Origin: Planctomycetota bacterium
GTDB taxonomy: Bacteria > Planctomycetota > Planctomycetia > Pirellulales > Lacipirellulaceae
Assembly (NCBI GenBank): GCA_029259975.1
Contig: JAJDEE010000089.1
Span: forward strand, 1,083-65,082
DNA length: 64,000 nucleotides
Reading direction: 5' to 3'
In this document: positions 49,585-59,266 of the stretch, one piece after another
How positions within the stretch are numbered: the stretch's first letter is position 1
How the letters are laid out: each line of letters begins with the position of its first letter
Position numbers and translations under genes: made by a program
Notes under the pieces: generated by a model
What the model saw: the letters and a program-made list of their open reading frames with translations, nothing else
Databases searched by the model: none
Told to the model about the DNA's origin: nothing

Positions 49585-50142
49585 TTACTCGTCATCACGC
49601 ACAAAAGTCGTTCGGAAAGAACCACCGCCCAGGAGAATAAACCCTCCGCGTTGCGGTTGGCCTTTAGCATTCAAACTAGAATTCCAAGGCAACGCGTAAG
49701 CAGCAACTTCGCCGCTGGAAGCTTCGGCGATATAAATTAAGCTCTGCCCAATTTGTGTGTTGGCTCGCCCGCGTGGGATGTCCGCCAACCCCGTGACCAT
49801 CAAATATTTTGGGTTCTTACTTTGTCCAGTGAAATCTTGTTGGATGTTCCGCTCGAAGAACGCCACAAACTCGCCCGTCCGTCGGCTCACCGCCGCAGCA
49901 CGCAAATCGCCCGTTAAAAAATCAAGGAAATAAAATGCCTCAAGCCGATCGTCGATCAAGCCGGTCGCAACCGCAAAGTTGCTCTCACCATGCGTCGCTG
50001 CGGCATGGATCTGGGTTCCCCTTTGAGAGAAGTCGCGGCCAACGCCATTCCAAGCCGCCATTAGCACGGCGCCCACTAACAGCCCCAGCACCAACAACGT
50101 CGCATGATTACCCACGTTGATAACAATAGGTCGCTGCACCAT
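49585..50142 (-). CDS. Hypothetical membrane-anchored protein
   Basis: N-terminal TM helix; FAVATG...[18 protein letters not shown]. Confidence 0.75.
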   Translation of the reverse strand: MVQRPIVINVGNHATLLVLGLLVGAVLMAAWNGVGRDFSQRGTQIHAAATHGESNFAVATGLIDDRLEAFYFLDFLTGDLRAAAVSRRTGEFVAFFERNIQQDFTGQSKNPKYLMVTGLADIPRGRANTQIGQSLIYIAEASSGEVAAYALPWNSSLNAKGQPQRGGFILLGGGSFRTTFVRDDE

Positions 50143-50391
50143 CGGTTCTCTCCTGCTGCGAAATACCGGGGCAGTCACTACAAAAAGCCCAATCCCCTAA
50201 AAAGCTTAGCCATTACGCCTGGAATGGCCAAAGACCTCTACATCCTAGCGTTTTAGACAGTTACGTTCCAGGAGGGGCTAATAACTCCGATTTGATATTA
50301 ACTTGAAAAACGCTAGACTTGCCAAGAAGAGGCAGCCAAATCTGTTACCTCGAACCTTTTTCACATTCAGGCAGAAATCGAGAGTTCAATC

Positions 50392-51105
50392 ATGAACCAA
50401 GCAGACAATCCCTATTTGGCCACCAACTTTCTCTCGGCAGCTCAAGCTGATGTCGACGAGCGGGCTTCTTTCATAACCAAGACGTACATGCACCTAGCGG
50501 GAGCCATCGGGGCCTTTGTCCTCCTAGAAGCCGTATTGTTAAACTTGCCAATCACTGAATCCCTGGTTCATTCGGTACTTGGCACACGATATGGTTGGAT
50601 GATGATGCTCGGGGGCTTCATGTTCGTGAGCTGGATCGCAAACAAATGGGCACAGTCATCTACTTCACTCAGCACCCAATACTTGGGACTTAGTCTCTAT
50701 GTCGTTGCTCAAGCAATCCTGATGGTGCCGCTGCTATGGATGGCCCAGCGCTTTCACTCTGGAATCATCGCCACAGCCGGGGTTACCACACTAGGACTAT
50801 TCGCTGTGTTGACGACTGTCGTTTTTGTTACTCGCAAAGATTTTTCATTCCTGCGTTCCGTACTGATGTTCGGTGGTTTTGCCGCAATGGGATTGATCTT
50901 CTGCGGCATCATGTTTAATTTTGCACTCGGCCCGATCTTTACTTACGCAATGATCGCTTTCGCTTGTGCCTACATCCTGTACGACACCTCGAATGTCATG
51001 CTGCACTACCGCACCAGCCAGTACGTCGCCGCTTCGCTCGCATTGTTTGCTTCGGTCGCGCTGCTATTCTGGTACATCCTGCAAATGTTCATGTCGCGCG
51101 ATTGA
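50392..51105 (+). CDS. Bax inhibitor-1/YccA family membrane protein
   Basis: R..FI.KTY.HL, RKDFSFL, ILYDT, seven TM helices. Confidence 0.92.
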   Translation: MNQADNPYLATNFLSAAQADVDERASFITKTYMHLAGAIGAFVLLEAVLLNLPITESLVHSVLGTRYGWMMMLGGFMFVSWIANKWAQSSTSLSTQYLGLSLYVVAQAILMVPLLWMAQRFHSGIIATAGVTTLGLFAVLTTVVFVTRKDFSFLRSVLMFGGFAAMGLIFCGIMFNFALGPIFTYAMIAFACAYILYDTSNVMLHYRTSQYVAASLALFASVALLFWYILQMFMSRD

Positions 51106-51114
51106 GAACGCAAC

Positions 51115-51191
51115 GTAGCCCCTGGCTCCGCCGGGGGATGAGCACCGCTAAACGGTTTTGGGACTCGTCCCCCGGCAGAGCCAGGGGCTAC
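51115..51191. repeat. GTAG-type REP doublet (GTAGCCCCTGGCTCCGCCGGGG family)
   Basis: Inverted arms between convergent genes; a half copy lies at 59251-59270. Confidence 0.85.
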
Positions 51192-51205
51192 AGAGGGCTC
51201 TTAGT

Positions 51206-52357
51206 TTATCCTCCCACCGCAATTTCCTCGCCCACCCGCCAACCCGATTCGTCCCGCTCGACGCGCCGATATAGCGTGTCGCGCTCGACTGGCTCGCGTC
51301 CCGCCTCTTCAATCACACGGCGAATTTTCTCGACGCTCAGCACCTCTGGCGTCTCGGCACCGGCGTCGTGATAAATCAGCTCGTGACGAACCGTTCCGTC
51401 GATGTCGTCGGCTCCGTACGACAGCGCCACTTGCGCAGTCCCCACGCCGAGCATGATCCAGTACGCTTTCACGTGCGGCACATTGTCGAGCATCAAGCGG
51501 CTGATCGCCATTGTTCGCAGGTCCATCGGCCCCGAGGGCTTAGTGATGTGGCTCAGGCCGGTGTTCTCCGGATGAAATGCCAACGGGATGAACGTCTGAA
51601 AGCCGCCCCAACCTTTCTGCAACGAGGTATCTTGTAGTTCGCGCAGACGAATGAGATGGTCGATCCGGTGGTACGGTTTTTCGATATGCCCGTACAGCAT
51701 CGTACAGTTGCTCCGCAGCCCCAGCTCGTGAGCCGTGCGATGCGATTCAAACCAACGGCTGCTGTCCGCCTTGTGCTCGCAAATTTGGTTACGCACCTCG
51801 GGATGAAAAATCTCGGCCCCGCCACCGGTGCAACTGCCCAAGCCAGCATCCATCATATCTTGCAAGACCCAACGAATTGACTTGCCCGTTTGCCGAGCAA
51901 ACCAATCGATCTCGACCGGCGTCCACGCCTTGAGATGCAGCGTCGGAAAATTCTCGTGCAGCAAACTCACCACGTTGCGATACCAATCGTACTTCGCCTG
52001 ATGATGCAGTCCGCCCACGATGTGCATCTCGGTCGACCCGGCGCTGACGGCCTCTTGCCCGCGCGCCAAAATCTGCTCGTCCGACATCGCGTAGCCCTTG
52101 GCGTCGCGCAAGTCCGATCGAAACGCGCAAAACGTACAACGATAGACGCAAATGTTGGTCGGATTCAGATGTGTGTTGATGTTGTAGTACGCAAAATTGC
52201 CGTTCTTGCGTTCGCGCACCAAATTGGCTAGCTCGCCAAGCTCGGGCAGCGGCACGTCGTTGCTGTACAGCAGCACACCATCGTCCAGCGTCAGGCGCTC
52301 GCCCGCTTCGACTTTTTCGCGGATCGGTAGGAGAATTGGAGAAGATGTGCGTAACAT
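51206..52357 (-). CDS. mqnE: Aminofutalosine synthase (radical SAM, CofH/MqnE family)
   Basis: TNICVYRCTFCAF, GGGAEIF, TMLYGHIE, KAYW, GADDIDGTV, ERDT.Y; sits in a menaquinone gene cluster. Confidence 0.9.
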   Translation of the reverse strand: MLRTSSPILLPIREKVEAGERLTLDDGVLLYSNDVPLPELGELANLVRERKNGNFAYYNINTHLNPTNICVYRCTFCAFRSDLRDAKGYAMSDEQILARGQEAVSAGSTEMHIVGGLHHQAKYDWYRNVVSLLHENFPTLHLKAWTPVEIDWFARQTGKSIRWVLQDMMDAGLGSCTGGGAEIFHPEVRNQICEHKADSSRWFESHRTAHELGLRSNCTMLYGHIEKPYHRIDHLIRLRELQDTSLQKGWGGFQTFIPLAFHPENTGLSHITKPSGPMDLRTMAISRLMLDNVPHVKAYWIMLGVGTAQVALSYGADDIDGTVRHELIYHDAGAETPEVLSVEKIRRVIEEAGREPVERDTLYRRVERDESGWRVGEEIAVGG

Positions 52358-52386
52358 GCTTTTTGCTATTAAAAGTGAAAGGGAGA

Positions 52387-52731
52387 CTAGCCATCGGCTT
52401 CCAGTAGAAACTGAATCTTCGCGAGCAGACCCGGAATATCTTTTTTGGCAATATCCCAAATGAGATCCGTGTTCAGGATATCGTATCCATGCACCAAGAT
52501 ATTGCGAAATCCGATAATATCTTCCCAGCGGTCTACTTGCTGGGCAATTTCTGGGGCAACCCGATGTAACTGGTTCAGGGCCTCGCCAACAGTTATCAAT
52601 TCTCGTTCAATCGCAAACCTGAGTATGAGGTCCTGCTCAAACTCCTCACGCTGTCGATTAGCGAGGGTACTCACAACAAACTCCGCTGCAAGTTTCATAT
52701 CGCCAAGGAACTTGAGAGGATCATTTGTCAT
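52387..52731 (-). CDS. HEPN/DUF86 RNase toxin (HepT-like)
   Basis: A.ER....GEA and RNILVHGY (RX4H plus Tyr). Confidence 0.9.
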   Translation of the reverse strand: MTNDPLKFLGDMKLAAEFVVSTLANRQREEFEQDLILRFAIERELITVGEALNQLHRVAPEIAQQVDRWEDIIGFRNILVHGYDILNTDLIWDIAKKDIPGLLAKIQFLLEADG

Positions 52732-53029
52732 AGATGTGCGTCCGACTTTTGTTGACCGTCTCGATGAAATACGGATTCCGCATCGATTTGGCACACACCA
52801 AATCAACCGATCGTCCGAACAGATCCTCCAACCCGTGGAGAAAATCGAAATACTGATGGAAAGAATTTGTAGACTCTAGCCGCTCGAACTCGACCAAAAA
52901 ATCAAGATCACTCGTCGCTTCATCAAATTTGTCGGTTGCGGCCGATCCAAACAACTCCAGCTTCGTAACACCGTGCTGCACGCACAACGCCTCAATCTCT
53001 AGAATTTTGTCTTTGACGAACGCGACCAT
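52721..53029 (-). CDS. Minimal nucleotidyltransferase antitoxin (MntA-like)
   Basis: LFGSA.......SDLDFLVEF, LFGR.VDLV; overlaps the HEPN gene. Confidence 0.9.
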   Translation of the reverse strand: MVAFVKDKILEIEALCVQHGVTKLELFGSAATDKFDEATSDLDFLVEFERLESTNSFHQYFDFLHGLEDLFGRSVDLVCAKSMRNPYFIETVNKSRTHIYDK

Positions 53030-53077
53030 AAGTATTCCTAACTTCAGGGGGCCCTAACCGTAGAGGAAATTCCATTA

Positions 53078-54073
53078 TCACCCACCCCCCAGCCACAGGT
53101 CTAGGGTTCCAACCGCAAACAGACCTAAACTAATCACTGCATTCACATTAAAAAAGGCCGTATTCACCCGATCCAAGTCATCGGGGCGAACCACCGCATG
53201 CTCGTAAACCAATAATCCCCCCACCGCCACAACGGCTGCCCAATACAACACCCCAAACGGCGGAAACACCAACGGCAACACCGCCAACAGCAACACCGCC
53301 ACCGCGTGACAACCGGCCGCCAGCCACAAAGCCCAAGCAATCCCCAGCCGCGCAGGCACGCTCTGCAGCTTGGCCTCGCAGTCGAATTCAAAATCTTGGC
53401 AGGCATAGATGATATCAAATCCCGTCACCCAGGCTGCCACCGCCCCGCCAAGCACCAGCGCCGGCAACAAATCAATCGGATTTGCCAGCACAGCTTCGCC
53501 GCGAATGGCAATCCAAGCCGCCACCGGTGACATCGCCAATGCTGTGCCAAGCCAAAAATGGGCGAGCGAGGTAAACCGTTTGGTGTAGCTGTAACCGCAC
53601 AAAAATGCCAACACGGGCACCGAGAGGTAGAGCGGCAATCGGTTCGGCAGAAAAAGTAGCGTGCTGGCGATAAAGGCCGCGCCGCATGCGAGCGCGAAGG
53701 CGGTTACTTGCCACACACTCAAGATGCCGGCTGGGAGGTGGCGCTGCGCTGTCCGTGGGTTCCCAGCATCAATCTTGCGATCGACCAACCGATTAAACGC
53801 CATCGCGGCGCTGCGCGCGGTGATCATGCAGAGCAAGATGCCGAGAAGTTCCTGCCAACGGATGGCAAATGGAAAGGGGCCTACTTGCATGAAAACTACC
53901 GTCGGGCCCGAACTACCACCAATTACACTAAGCGTATGAACCTTTCCAGTTTGCGGGAATTCAATCGCTCGTAATCGCCAAGCCGTCACCGCCGCCAACA
54001 GCGCGAATGGCAACGCGAAGATTGTGTGGCTGAAGCGGATCAGCGAAAGGAGATGATTGATGGTTTTGAACAT
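53078..54073 (-). CDS. UbiA-family prenyltransferase (MqnP-like)
   Basis: HTIFALPFA, RSAAMAFNR..D...D..NPRT..R, YSYTKRFT, GFDIIYACQD. Confidence 0.93.
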   Translation of the reverse strand: MFKTINHLLSLIRFSHTIFALPFALLAAVTAWRLRAIEFPQTGKVHTLSVIGGSSGPTVVFMQVGPFPFAIRWQELLGILLCMITARSAAMAFNRLVDRKIDAGNPRTAQRHLPAGILSVWQVTAFALACGAAFIASTLLFLPNRLPLYLSVPVLAFLCGYSYTKRFTSLAHFWLGTALAMSPVAAWIAIRGEAVLANPIDLLPALVLGGAVAAWVTGFDIIYACQDFEFDCEAKLQSVPARLGIAWALWLAAGCHAVAVLLLAVLPLVFPPFGVLYWAAVVAVGGLLVYEHAVVRPDDLDRVNTAFFNVNAVISLGLFAVGTLDLWLGGG

Positions 54074-54085
54074 ACGAAAAAAGCC

Positions 54086-54152
54086 TCACGCAAAGGCGCG
54101 AAGGCGCAAAGGACATGCTGTTTTTTCTTTGCGCCTTCGCGCTTTTGCGTGA
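54086..54152. repeat. TCACGCAAAGGCGCGAAG palindrome family, copy 1
   Basis: Inverted arms; near-identical copies at 56711-56785 and 63923-64000. Confidence 0.9.
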
Positions 54153-54153
54153 T

Positions 54154-54843
54154 TCATTCCTGCCCCCAACGATTCATCAGGCAATTATCCACGCCCAGCT
54201 GATCGCAAACCCGCGCGACCATAAAATCGACCAAGTCGCGCAGCGTCGTCACGCCGTGGTACCAGCCCGGCGAAGCTGGCATTACCACCGCCCCGGCTTG
54301 CGTCGCCAAACGCATGTTCTCGATATGCGGCAACGACAGCGGCGTCTCGCGCGGCACCAATATCAGCTTGCGCCGTTCCTTGAGATGCACTTCGGCGGCA
54401 CGTTGGATGAGACTGCTCGCTGCGCCGCGGGCAATCGCGCTGAGAGTCGTGCCCGAGCAGGGACAAACGACCATCCCCATCGTCAAAAACGAACCACTGG
54501 CGGTCGGAGCTTTCAAATCTTGAAAGTGGTGGTAGTGTAACTCGCCAAGACGACCTGCTTCGGCGGAGAGCACATTGCTGTCGGCCGTGCCAATGCCGGC
54601 ACTCACCTGGAGCAATCGAATCTTGCTATCCTCGGCCGACGCCACGTTGTCGAGCATCAAGTCGGACGCTTTGAATTTTTTGAGGTTGACCTTCAGCCCC
54701 ATTTCTTCGTCGATCACTTGCGCGCCGCTCGGGCTGATCGACAAATGCACATCGTGTCCTGTAGCCAACAGCACTTCCACTAAGCGAACCGCGTAAACGG
54801 CCCCGCTCGCTCCCGTGATTCCCACGCAAATGTTTTTGTTCAT
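54154..54843 (-). CDS. ubiX: Flavin prenyltransferase
   Basis: VGITGASG, ASGS, PCS, LKERRKLILVPRETPL. Confidence 0.93.
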   Translation of the reverse strand: MNKNICVGITGASGAVYAVRLVEVLLATGHDVHLSISPSGAQVIDEEMGLKVNLKKFKASDLMLDNVASAEDSKIRLLQVSAGIGTADSNVLSAEAGRLGELHYHHFQDLKAPTASGSFLTMGMVVCPCSGTTLSAIARGAASSLIQRAAEVHLKERRKLILVPRETPLSLPHIENMRLATQAGAVVMPASPGWYHGVTTLRDLVDFMVARVCDQLGVDNCLMNRWGQE

Positions 54844-54886
54844 AGTGGTTCTGTTTTGTTAACTTCGGCGAGGCGTAGCTCGCCGG

Positions 54887-55666
54887 TTATTTTTTCTTTA
54901 TTCTCTCCGGTCCCTTACGGTCGCGGTTCGCTTTTTTTCCAACATGCGGTTCGCCTTTTTTTCCAACATACAATGTTGCCACCCCGAGCGTTAGCCCGCG
55001 ATACCAAACCTCGCTCAGTCCCGCCGTTCGCATTCGCTTGGCCAATTGCTCACCTTGGGGAAACTGACCGACACTCTCGGGCAAGTAATTGTAAGCACTT
55101 TGGGCATTGCGGGCGAGTAGCTGGCCGATTCGCGGCAGCACGTTGCGAAAGTACCAACCATAAACCGCCTTGAACGGCTGCCATTCGGGCGACGAAAACT
55201 CCAGCACCGCCACCTGTCCGCCGGGGGCACAAACACGGACCATCTCGGCCAGCCCGACATCGGTCTCCGCGACGTTCCGCAAACCAAAGGCGACCGACAC
55301 GATGTCGAATTGATCGTCTTCGAGCGGAATCTTCATCGCGTCGGCTTCGACAAAATTGACTGCACCGTTGGCTCCCGACTTAACGGATTTTTGCCGACCC
55401 AGCACCAGCATCTCATGACAAAAATCAGCTCCTACGATCTCTGCCTGGCCGCCCGCCGCCCGATGATACGCCAGCGCCAAGTCGCCCGTGCCAGTGCAAA
55501 CGTCAAGAATCTTCATCCCCGACTTCGGCGGCACACTCCGCACCGTCCGCCACCGCCAGTAGCGATCGACGTTGAGCGACAGCAAATGATTCAGAAAATC
55601 GTACCGCCCAGCGATCTCCCCAAACATCTTCCGCACGCGAGGAGCAGATTTATCAACCGTCGTCAT
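54887..55666 (-). CDS. ubiE: Demethylmenaquinone methyltransferase (UbiE/MenG)
   Basis: MF..IA.RYD.LN.LLS, LDVCTGTGD, AFGLRNV, AY.YL.ES. Confidence 0.92.
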   Translation of the reverse strand: MTTVDKSAPRVRKMFGEIAGRYDFLNHLLSLNVDRYWRWRTVRSVPPKSGMKILDVCTGTGDLALAYHRAAGGQAEIVGADFCHEMLVLGRQKSVKSGANGAVNFVEADAMKIPLEDDQFDIVSVAFGLRNVAETDVGLAEMVRVCAPGGQVAVLEFSSPEWQPFKAVYGWYFRNVLPRIGQLLARNAQSAYNYLPESVGQFPQGEQLAKRMRTAGLSEVWYRGLTLGVATLYVGKKGEPHVGKKANRDRKGPERIKKK

Positions 55667-55689
55667 GGTGAAATGGTATTTCGTAAAAA

Positions 55690-55795
55690 ATAGAACGCGG
55701 AGGGACGCAGATGAAACGGATTAGCACCGATAAAGAAAGATTGGACGGGGGGGATCCGCGTTCATCCGCTAAATCCGCGTCCCTCCGCGTCCTAT
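55690..55795. repeat. ACGCGGA/ACGCAGAT palindrome family, copy 2
   Basis: ATAGAACGCGGAGGGACGCAGAT... / ...ATCCGCGTCCCTCCGCGTCCTAT. Confidence 0.8.
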
Positions 55796-55884
55796 TCTTA
55801 ACCACCCATTCTTTCTTGAGCAGTATCGCATTAGAATAGCCGCTCTGCTAGCGCTAACCGAAAGCTATCCGCACAATTAACTTC

Positions 55885-56658
55885 ATGCCACAAATCGCCG
55901 TCCACTATCTGCCGCATTTCGTCGCCGAATCCGACCTCGCCGACAGCACCGTGATCGTGGTCGACCTGCTGCGCGCCTCAACGACCATTTGCCAAGCCCT
56001 CACCGCCGGCGCAAAATGCGTCATCCCCAGCCTCGAAATCGACGAAACCTTCGCCAAAGCAGCTGCCCACGTCAATAAACATGGCGAGCGTTGCAAAATC
56101 CTCCTCGGCGGCGAACGGGGCGGCCAGCCGATCGAAGGTTTTGATCTCGGCAATTCGCCGCTCGACTACACCGCCGAGCGCGTTTTCGGACAGACCGTGC
56201 TTTTTACCTCGACCAACGGCACCAAAGCCCTCGCCCATGCGAGGCTGGCCGAGCGAGTGCTGATTGGCGCCGCCATCAACCGGCAAGCGATCGTTGACGC
56301 GGTCGCCAGCGCCCCGCGCATCGATATCCTCTGCGCCGGCACCGGCGGCAAAGTGACCCGCGAAGACATTTTGGCCGCCGGCGCCATCGCCAGCCAGCTC
56401 CAAGCCCTTCACAAGAATCGCAGTACCAACGAATGGTGCGACGCGGCGAGCCGCGAATGGCAAGAACTCCTCACCACCGCCCGCGCGCTCGGGCGCACGC
56501 CCAGCGAGCAATTCGCCCACGAGCTACGCGACACCCTCGGCGGCAAAAACCTGCTCGCCCTCGGCTACGACGACGATCTTCAATTCTGCGCCCAGCTTGA
56601 CGCCCACAACATCGTCCCTGAACTAGACCACACCACCGGCCAAATCAAGCTCCCATAG
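55885..56658 (+). CDS. 2-phosphosulfolactate phosphatase (ComB family)
   Basis: VVDLLRASTT, GGERGG..I.GFDLGNSP, STNGT, ED..AAG. Confidence 0.9.
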   Translation: MPQIAVHYLPHFVAESDLADSTVIVVDLLRASTTICQALTAGAKCVIPSLEIDETFAKAAAHVNKHGERCKILLGGERGGQPIEGFDLGNSPLDYTAERVFGQTVLFTSTNGTKALAHARLAERVLIGAAINRQAIVDAVASAPRIDILCAGTGGKVTREDILAAGAIASQLQALHKNRSTNEWCDAASREWQELLTTARALGRTPSEQFAHELRDTLGGKNLLALGYDDDLQFCAQLDAHNIVPELDHTTGQIKLP

Positions 56659-56710
56659 ACGACTAGGCGATTCCGAAGCTAGAATGGCCAGCTTGTAAGT
56701 ACTCAATTTC

Positions 56711-56785
56711 TCACGCAAAGGCGCGAAGACGCAAAGAAAAAGAAGGTGGTAGCGTTTTTCTTTGCGTCTTCGCGCCTTTGCGTGA
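56711..56785. repeat. TCACGCAAAGGCGCGAAG palindrome family, copy 2
   Basis: Inverted arms just upstream of glyQS. Confidence 0.9.
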
Positions 56786-56825
56786 TTTTTTCTTTCAAGA
56801 TTCCCTCCATAGAAGCAGCATTCCC

Positions 56826-58499
56826 ATGGAAATGGAAAAACTCGTCTCTCTCTGCAAACGCAGAGGGTTCCTCTTTCAGTCAAGCGAAATCTACGGCGGC
56901 ATCCAAGGCTTTTGGGACTACGGCCCGCTTGGCGTCGAGCTGAAAAAGAACATCAAAGACGCTTGGTGGCGAGACATGGTCACCGCCCACGACGAGCTAG
57001 CCATCGCCGACGGCGCGCCGACTACCCACGAAATGACCGGCCTCGACTGCTCGATTATTATGCACCCGCAGGTGTGGAAGGTCTCGGGGCACTTCGACCT
57101 CTTCGCAGACATGATGGTCGACTGCCGAGAAACTAACGGACGATTTCGATACGACCAGTTGCGCGGACGTTGGGTTACCTGCACTGGGAAAAAAGCGAAA
57201 GGGCAAACAAAGCAGCTCACTGCCGGCACCATCGAAGCGAAGCCACAAGAATTCGAGAAGGTTTTCGTTCTAACTAAAGCTGAAGCCGAAGAAGAGCTAG
57301 CCGATCTTGAACGAGCCGCTTTGAAAGCATTCAATATCCGATCTAAAGACGCTAGCAAACTCCAATGGGAAGGCGAAGTCGTATCGTTTGAGACAATTAG
57401 CAACTTCGAGAACGTCCTTGGCCCAGGTGCAAAACGTGTTGGCACACTTACCGAACCCCGTGATTTTAACTTGATGCTGGAGTCCCACGCTGGCCCACTT
57501 AAAAGTGACGACAACAAGGTCTTCCTCCGCCCCGAGACGGCCCAAGGCATCTTCGTCAACTTCAAAAACGTCGTTGACAGCACCCGCGTTCGCATTCCCT
57601 TCGGCATCGCCCAAGTTGGCAAAAGCTTTCGCAACGAGATCACGCCACGCAACTTTACGTTTAGGTCGCGGGAGTTCGAGCAGATGGAAATCGAGTTCTT
57701 CTGCCACCCCGACTCGTCGGCCGACTGGTACAAATACTGGCGTGACTGCCGCTTTAAGTGGTACCAAGACCTCGGCCTCGCCGGCGAGCGGCTGCAACTG
57801 CGCGATCACGACCCCGACGAGCTAAGCCACTACAGCACCGGCACCGCCGACATCGAATACGCCTTTCCGTTTTTGCCCGAAGGCGAATACGGCGAACTCG
57901 AAGGCATCGCTCACCGCGGCGATTTCGATCTGCGTAGCCACATGGAAGGCAAACTCGACCCAAACAGCTGCCCGCTAGAAGTCGAGCTGAATGAGAAGGG
58001 AAAACCGAAGTACAAAGGCAGCGGCCGCGATCTCACCTATCGCGACCCCGTCTCCAACGAGCGTTTTACGCCGCACGTCATCGAGCCATCCGCCGGCGCC
58101 GACCGCGCCACGCTCGCCTTTTTGTGCGAAGCCTACACCGAAGACGAGCAGCCCGACGACAAAGGAAAAATGCAGACTCGCATCGTGATGAAATTTCACC
58201 CGCGCATCGCGCCAATCAAGGCGGCTGTTTTTCCGTTGGTGAAGAAGGACGGCATGCCCGAGATCGCCAAAGACATCTACCGTGCCCTGAAAAAGCAATT
58301 CCCCGCCTTCTACGACGAAGGCGGAGCCATCGGACGCCGCTACCGTCGCCAAGACGAAGTCGGTACTCCCTATTGCATCACCGTCGATGGCCAAACCCTC
58401 ACCGACCAAACCGTCACCATCCGCGACCGCGATACACTGGAGCAGTGGCGCGTAAAAATTGATGACGTGGTTGAGGAAATCGCCGGGCGCGTGACGTAG
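56826..58499 (+). CDS. glyQS: Glycine--tRNA ligase, homodimeric (alpha2) type
   Basis: KRRGF...SEIYGG, DYGPLG, LRPETAQG, FRNEITP.NF.FR.REFEQ, IEPSAG.DR, IGRRYRRQDE.GTP. Confidence 0.97.
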   Translation: MEMEKLVSLCKRRGFLFQSSEIYGGIQGFWDYGPLGVELKKNIKDAWWRDMVTAHDELAIADGAPTTHEMTGLDCSIIMHPQVWKVSGHFDLFADMMVDCRETNGRFRYDQLRGRWVTCTGKKAKGQTKQLTAGTIEAKPQEFEKVFVLTKAEAEEELADLERAALKAFNIRSKDASKLQWEGEVVSFETISNFENVLGPGAKRVGTLTEPRDFNLMLESHAGPLKSDDNKVFLRPETAQGIFVNFKNVVDSTRVRIPFGIAQVGKSFRNEITPRNFTFRSREFEQMEIEFFCHPDSSADWYKYWRDCRFKWYQDLGLAGERLQLRDHDPDELSHYSTGTADIEYAFPFLPEGEYGELEGIAHRGDFDLRSHMEGKLDPNSCPLEVELNEKGKPKYKGSGRDLTYRDPVSNERFTPHVIEPSAGADRATLAFLCEAYTEDEQPDDKGKMQTRIVMKFHPRIAPIKAAVFPLVKKDGMPEIAKDIYRALKKQFPAFYDEGGAIGRRYRRQDEVGTPYCITVDGQTLTDQTVTIRDRDTLEQWRVKIDDVVEEIAGRVT

Positions 58500-58506
58500 C
58501 AGTAAG

Positions 58507-58686
58507 CTATTCCTGCTTGCCTTGCAAATGTGCTACGAAAAGCACTATGCCGACAGCGACGACGGCCAAGCCGCATTCGTCGACAATACTCCAGCGTTTT
58601 ACGTCAGGCATTGATTCGGCAAGTGTTCCTGCTGCTGCCATGATGGCTCCGGCAAGAACAATAAGGCTTATTGCGATCAATTTCAT
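58507..58686 (-). CDS. Small two-TM membrane protein
   Basis: 59-aa hydrophobic ORF starting MKLIAISL. Confidence 0.55.
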   Translation of the reverse strand: MKLIAISLIVLAGAIMAAAGTLAESMPDVKRWSIVDECGLAVVAVGIVLFVAHLQGKQE

Positions 58687-58721
58687 AGAGCCGGTCCTGT
58701 CGAAATTGTTAGTGCATAAGT

Positions 58722-58949
58722 TCAAAGATTGGTAAAACGCCCAGCATCTTCGGCGAGGCGAATCACCCACCGCAGTGCCTCGTTGACGGACTCTTCATCA
58801 GGGAATTTTTTTGCAACGTCGGGGGCGATGCGGATGATGTTCGTCCCGGCTGCATATCTGTCAGCATACTTTCCGCGAACGCCGCCTTTCAGCTCCGATT
58901 CATCGTATTCGGGGCGTAGCTCATCATTTTTTGCATTAACCATTTTCAT
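58722..58949 (-). CDS. Putative antitoxin partner of BrnT
   Basis: DELRPEYD......GVRGKY, PDVA..FP...SVNEALR; overlaps the toxin gene. Confidence 0.8.
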   Translation of the reverse strand: MKMVNAKNDELRPEYDESELKGGVRGKYADRYAAGTNIIRIAPDVAKKFPDEESVNEALRWVIRLAEDAGRFTNL

Positions 58950-59208
58950 AAATCTTTCGCTCAGGACGAGTTGTTTTGCGAGCACTAATGATTCGTATGC
59001 TGTCGTCTCTATCTGTGTGCGAAACAATCAGCAGCGAATCATCCGCTGATGCCCCAATGGTAATGTATCGATCCTCATTCTCTGAATGATCGGGGTCATA
59101 AAAAGTGCACGACAGAGGATCGCCAAATACCGTCGAGGCATGTGCAAAAGAAATGCCATGTTTTTCGAAGTTGATTCTTGCCTTATCAGCGTCCCACTCA
59201 AATTCCAT
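58936..59208 (-). CDS. BrnT (DUF497) family toxin
   Basis: FEWD..KA..N..KHGISF, EDRY.TIG, IRIISARK. Confidence 0.92.
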   Translation of the reverse strand: MEFEWDADKARINFEKHGISFAHASTVFGDPLSCTFYDPDHSENEDRYITIGASADDSLLIVSHTDRDDSIRIISARKTTRPERKIYENG

Positions 59209-59266
59209 CTTACCGACCTCGAATCTCTGAAACAAGCCTGTTGTTGCCCACCGGCAGAGCCGGGGG

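Noticed and set aside
50143-50391. TPP riboswitch upstream of the thiS-thiG unit
   Set aside because: No CTGAGA or AACCTGA core motifs found on the minus strand.
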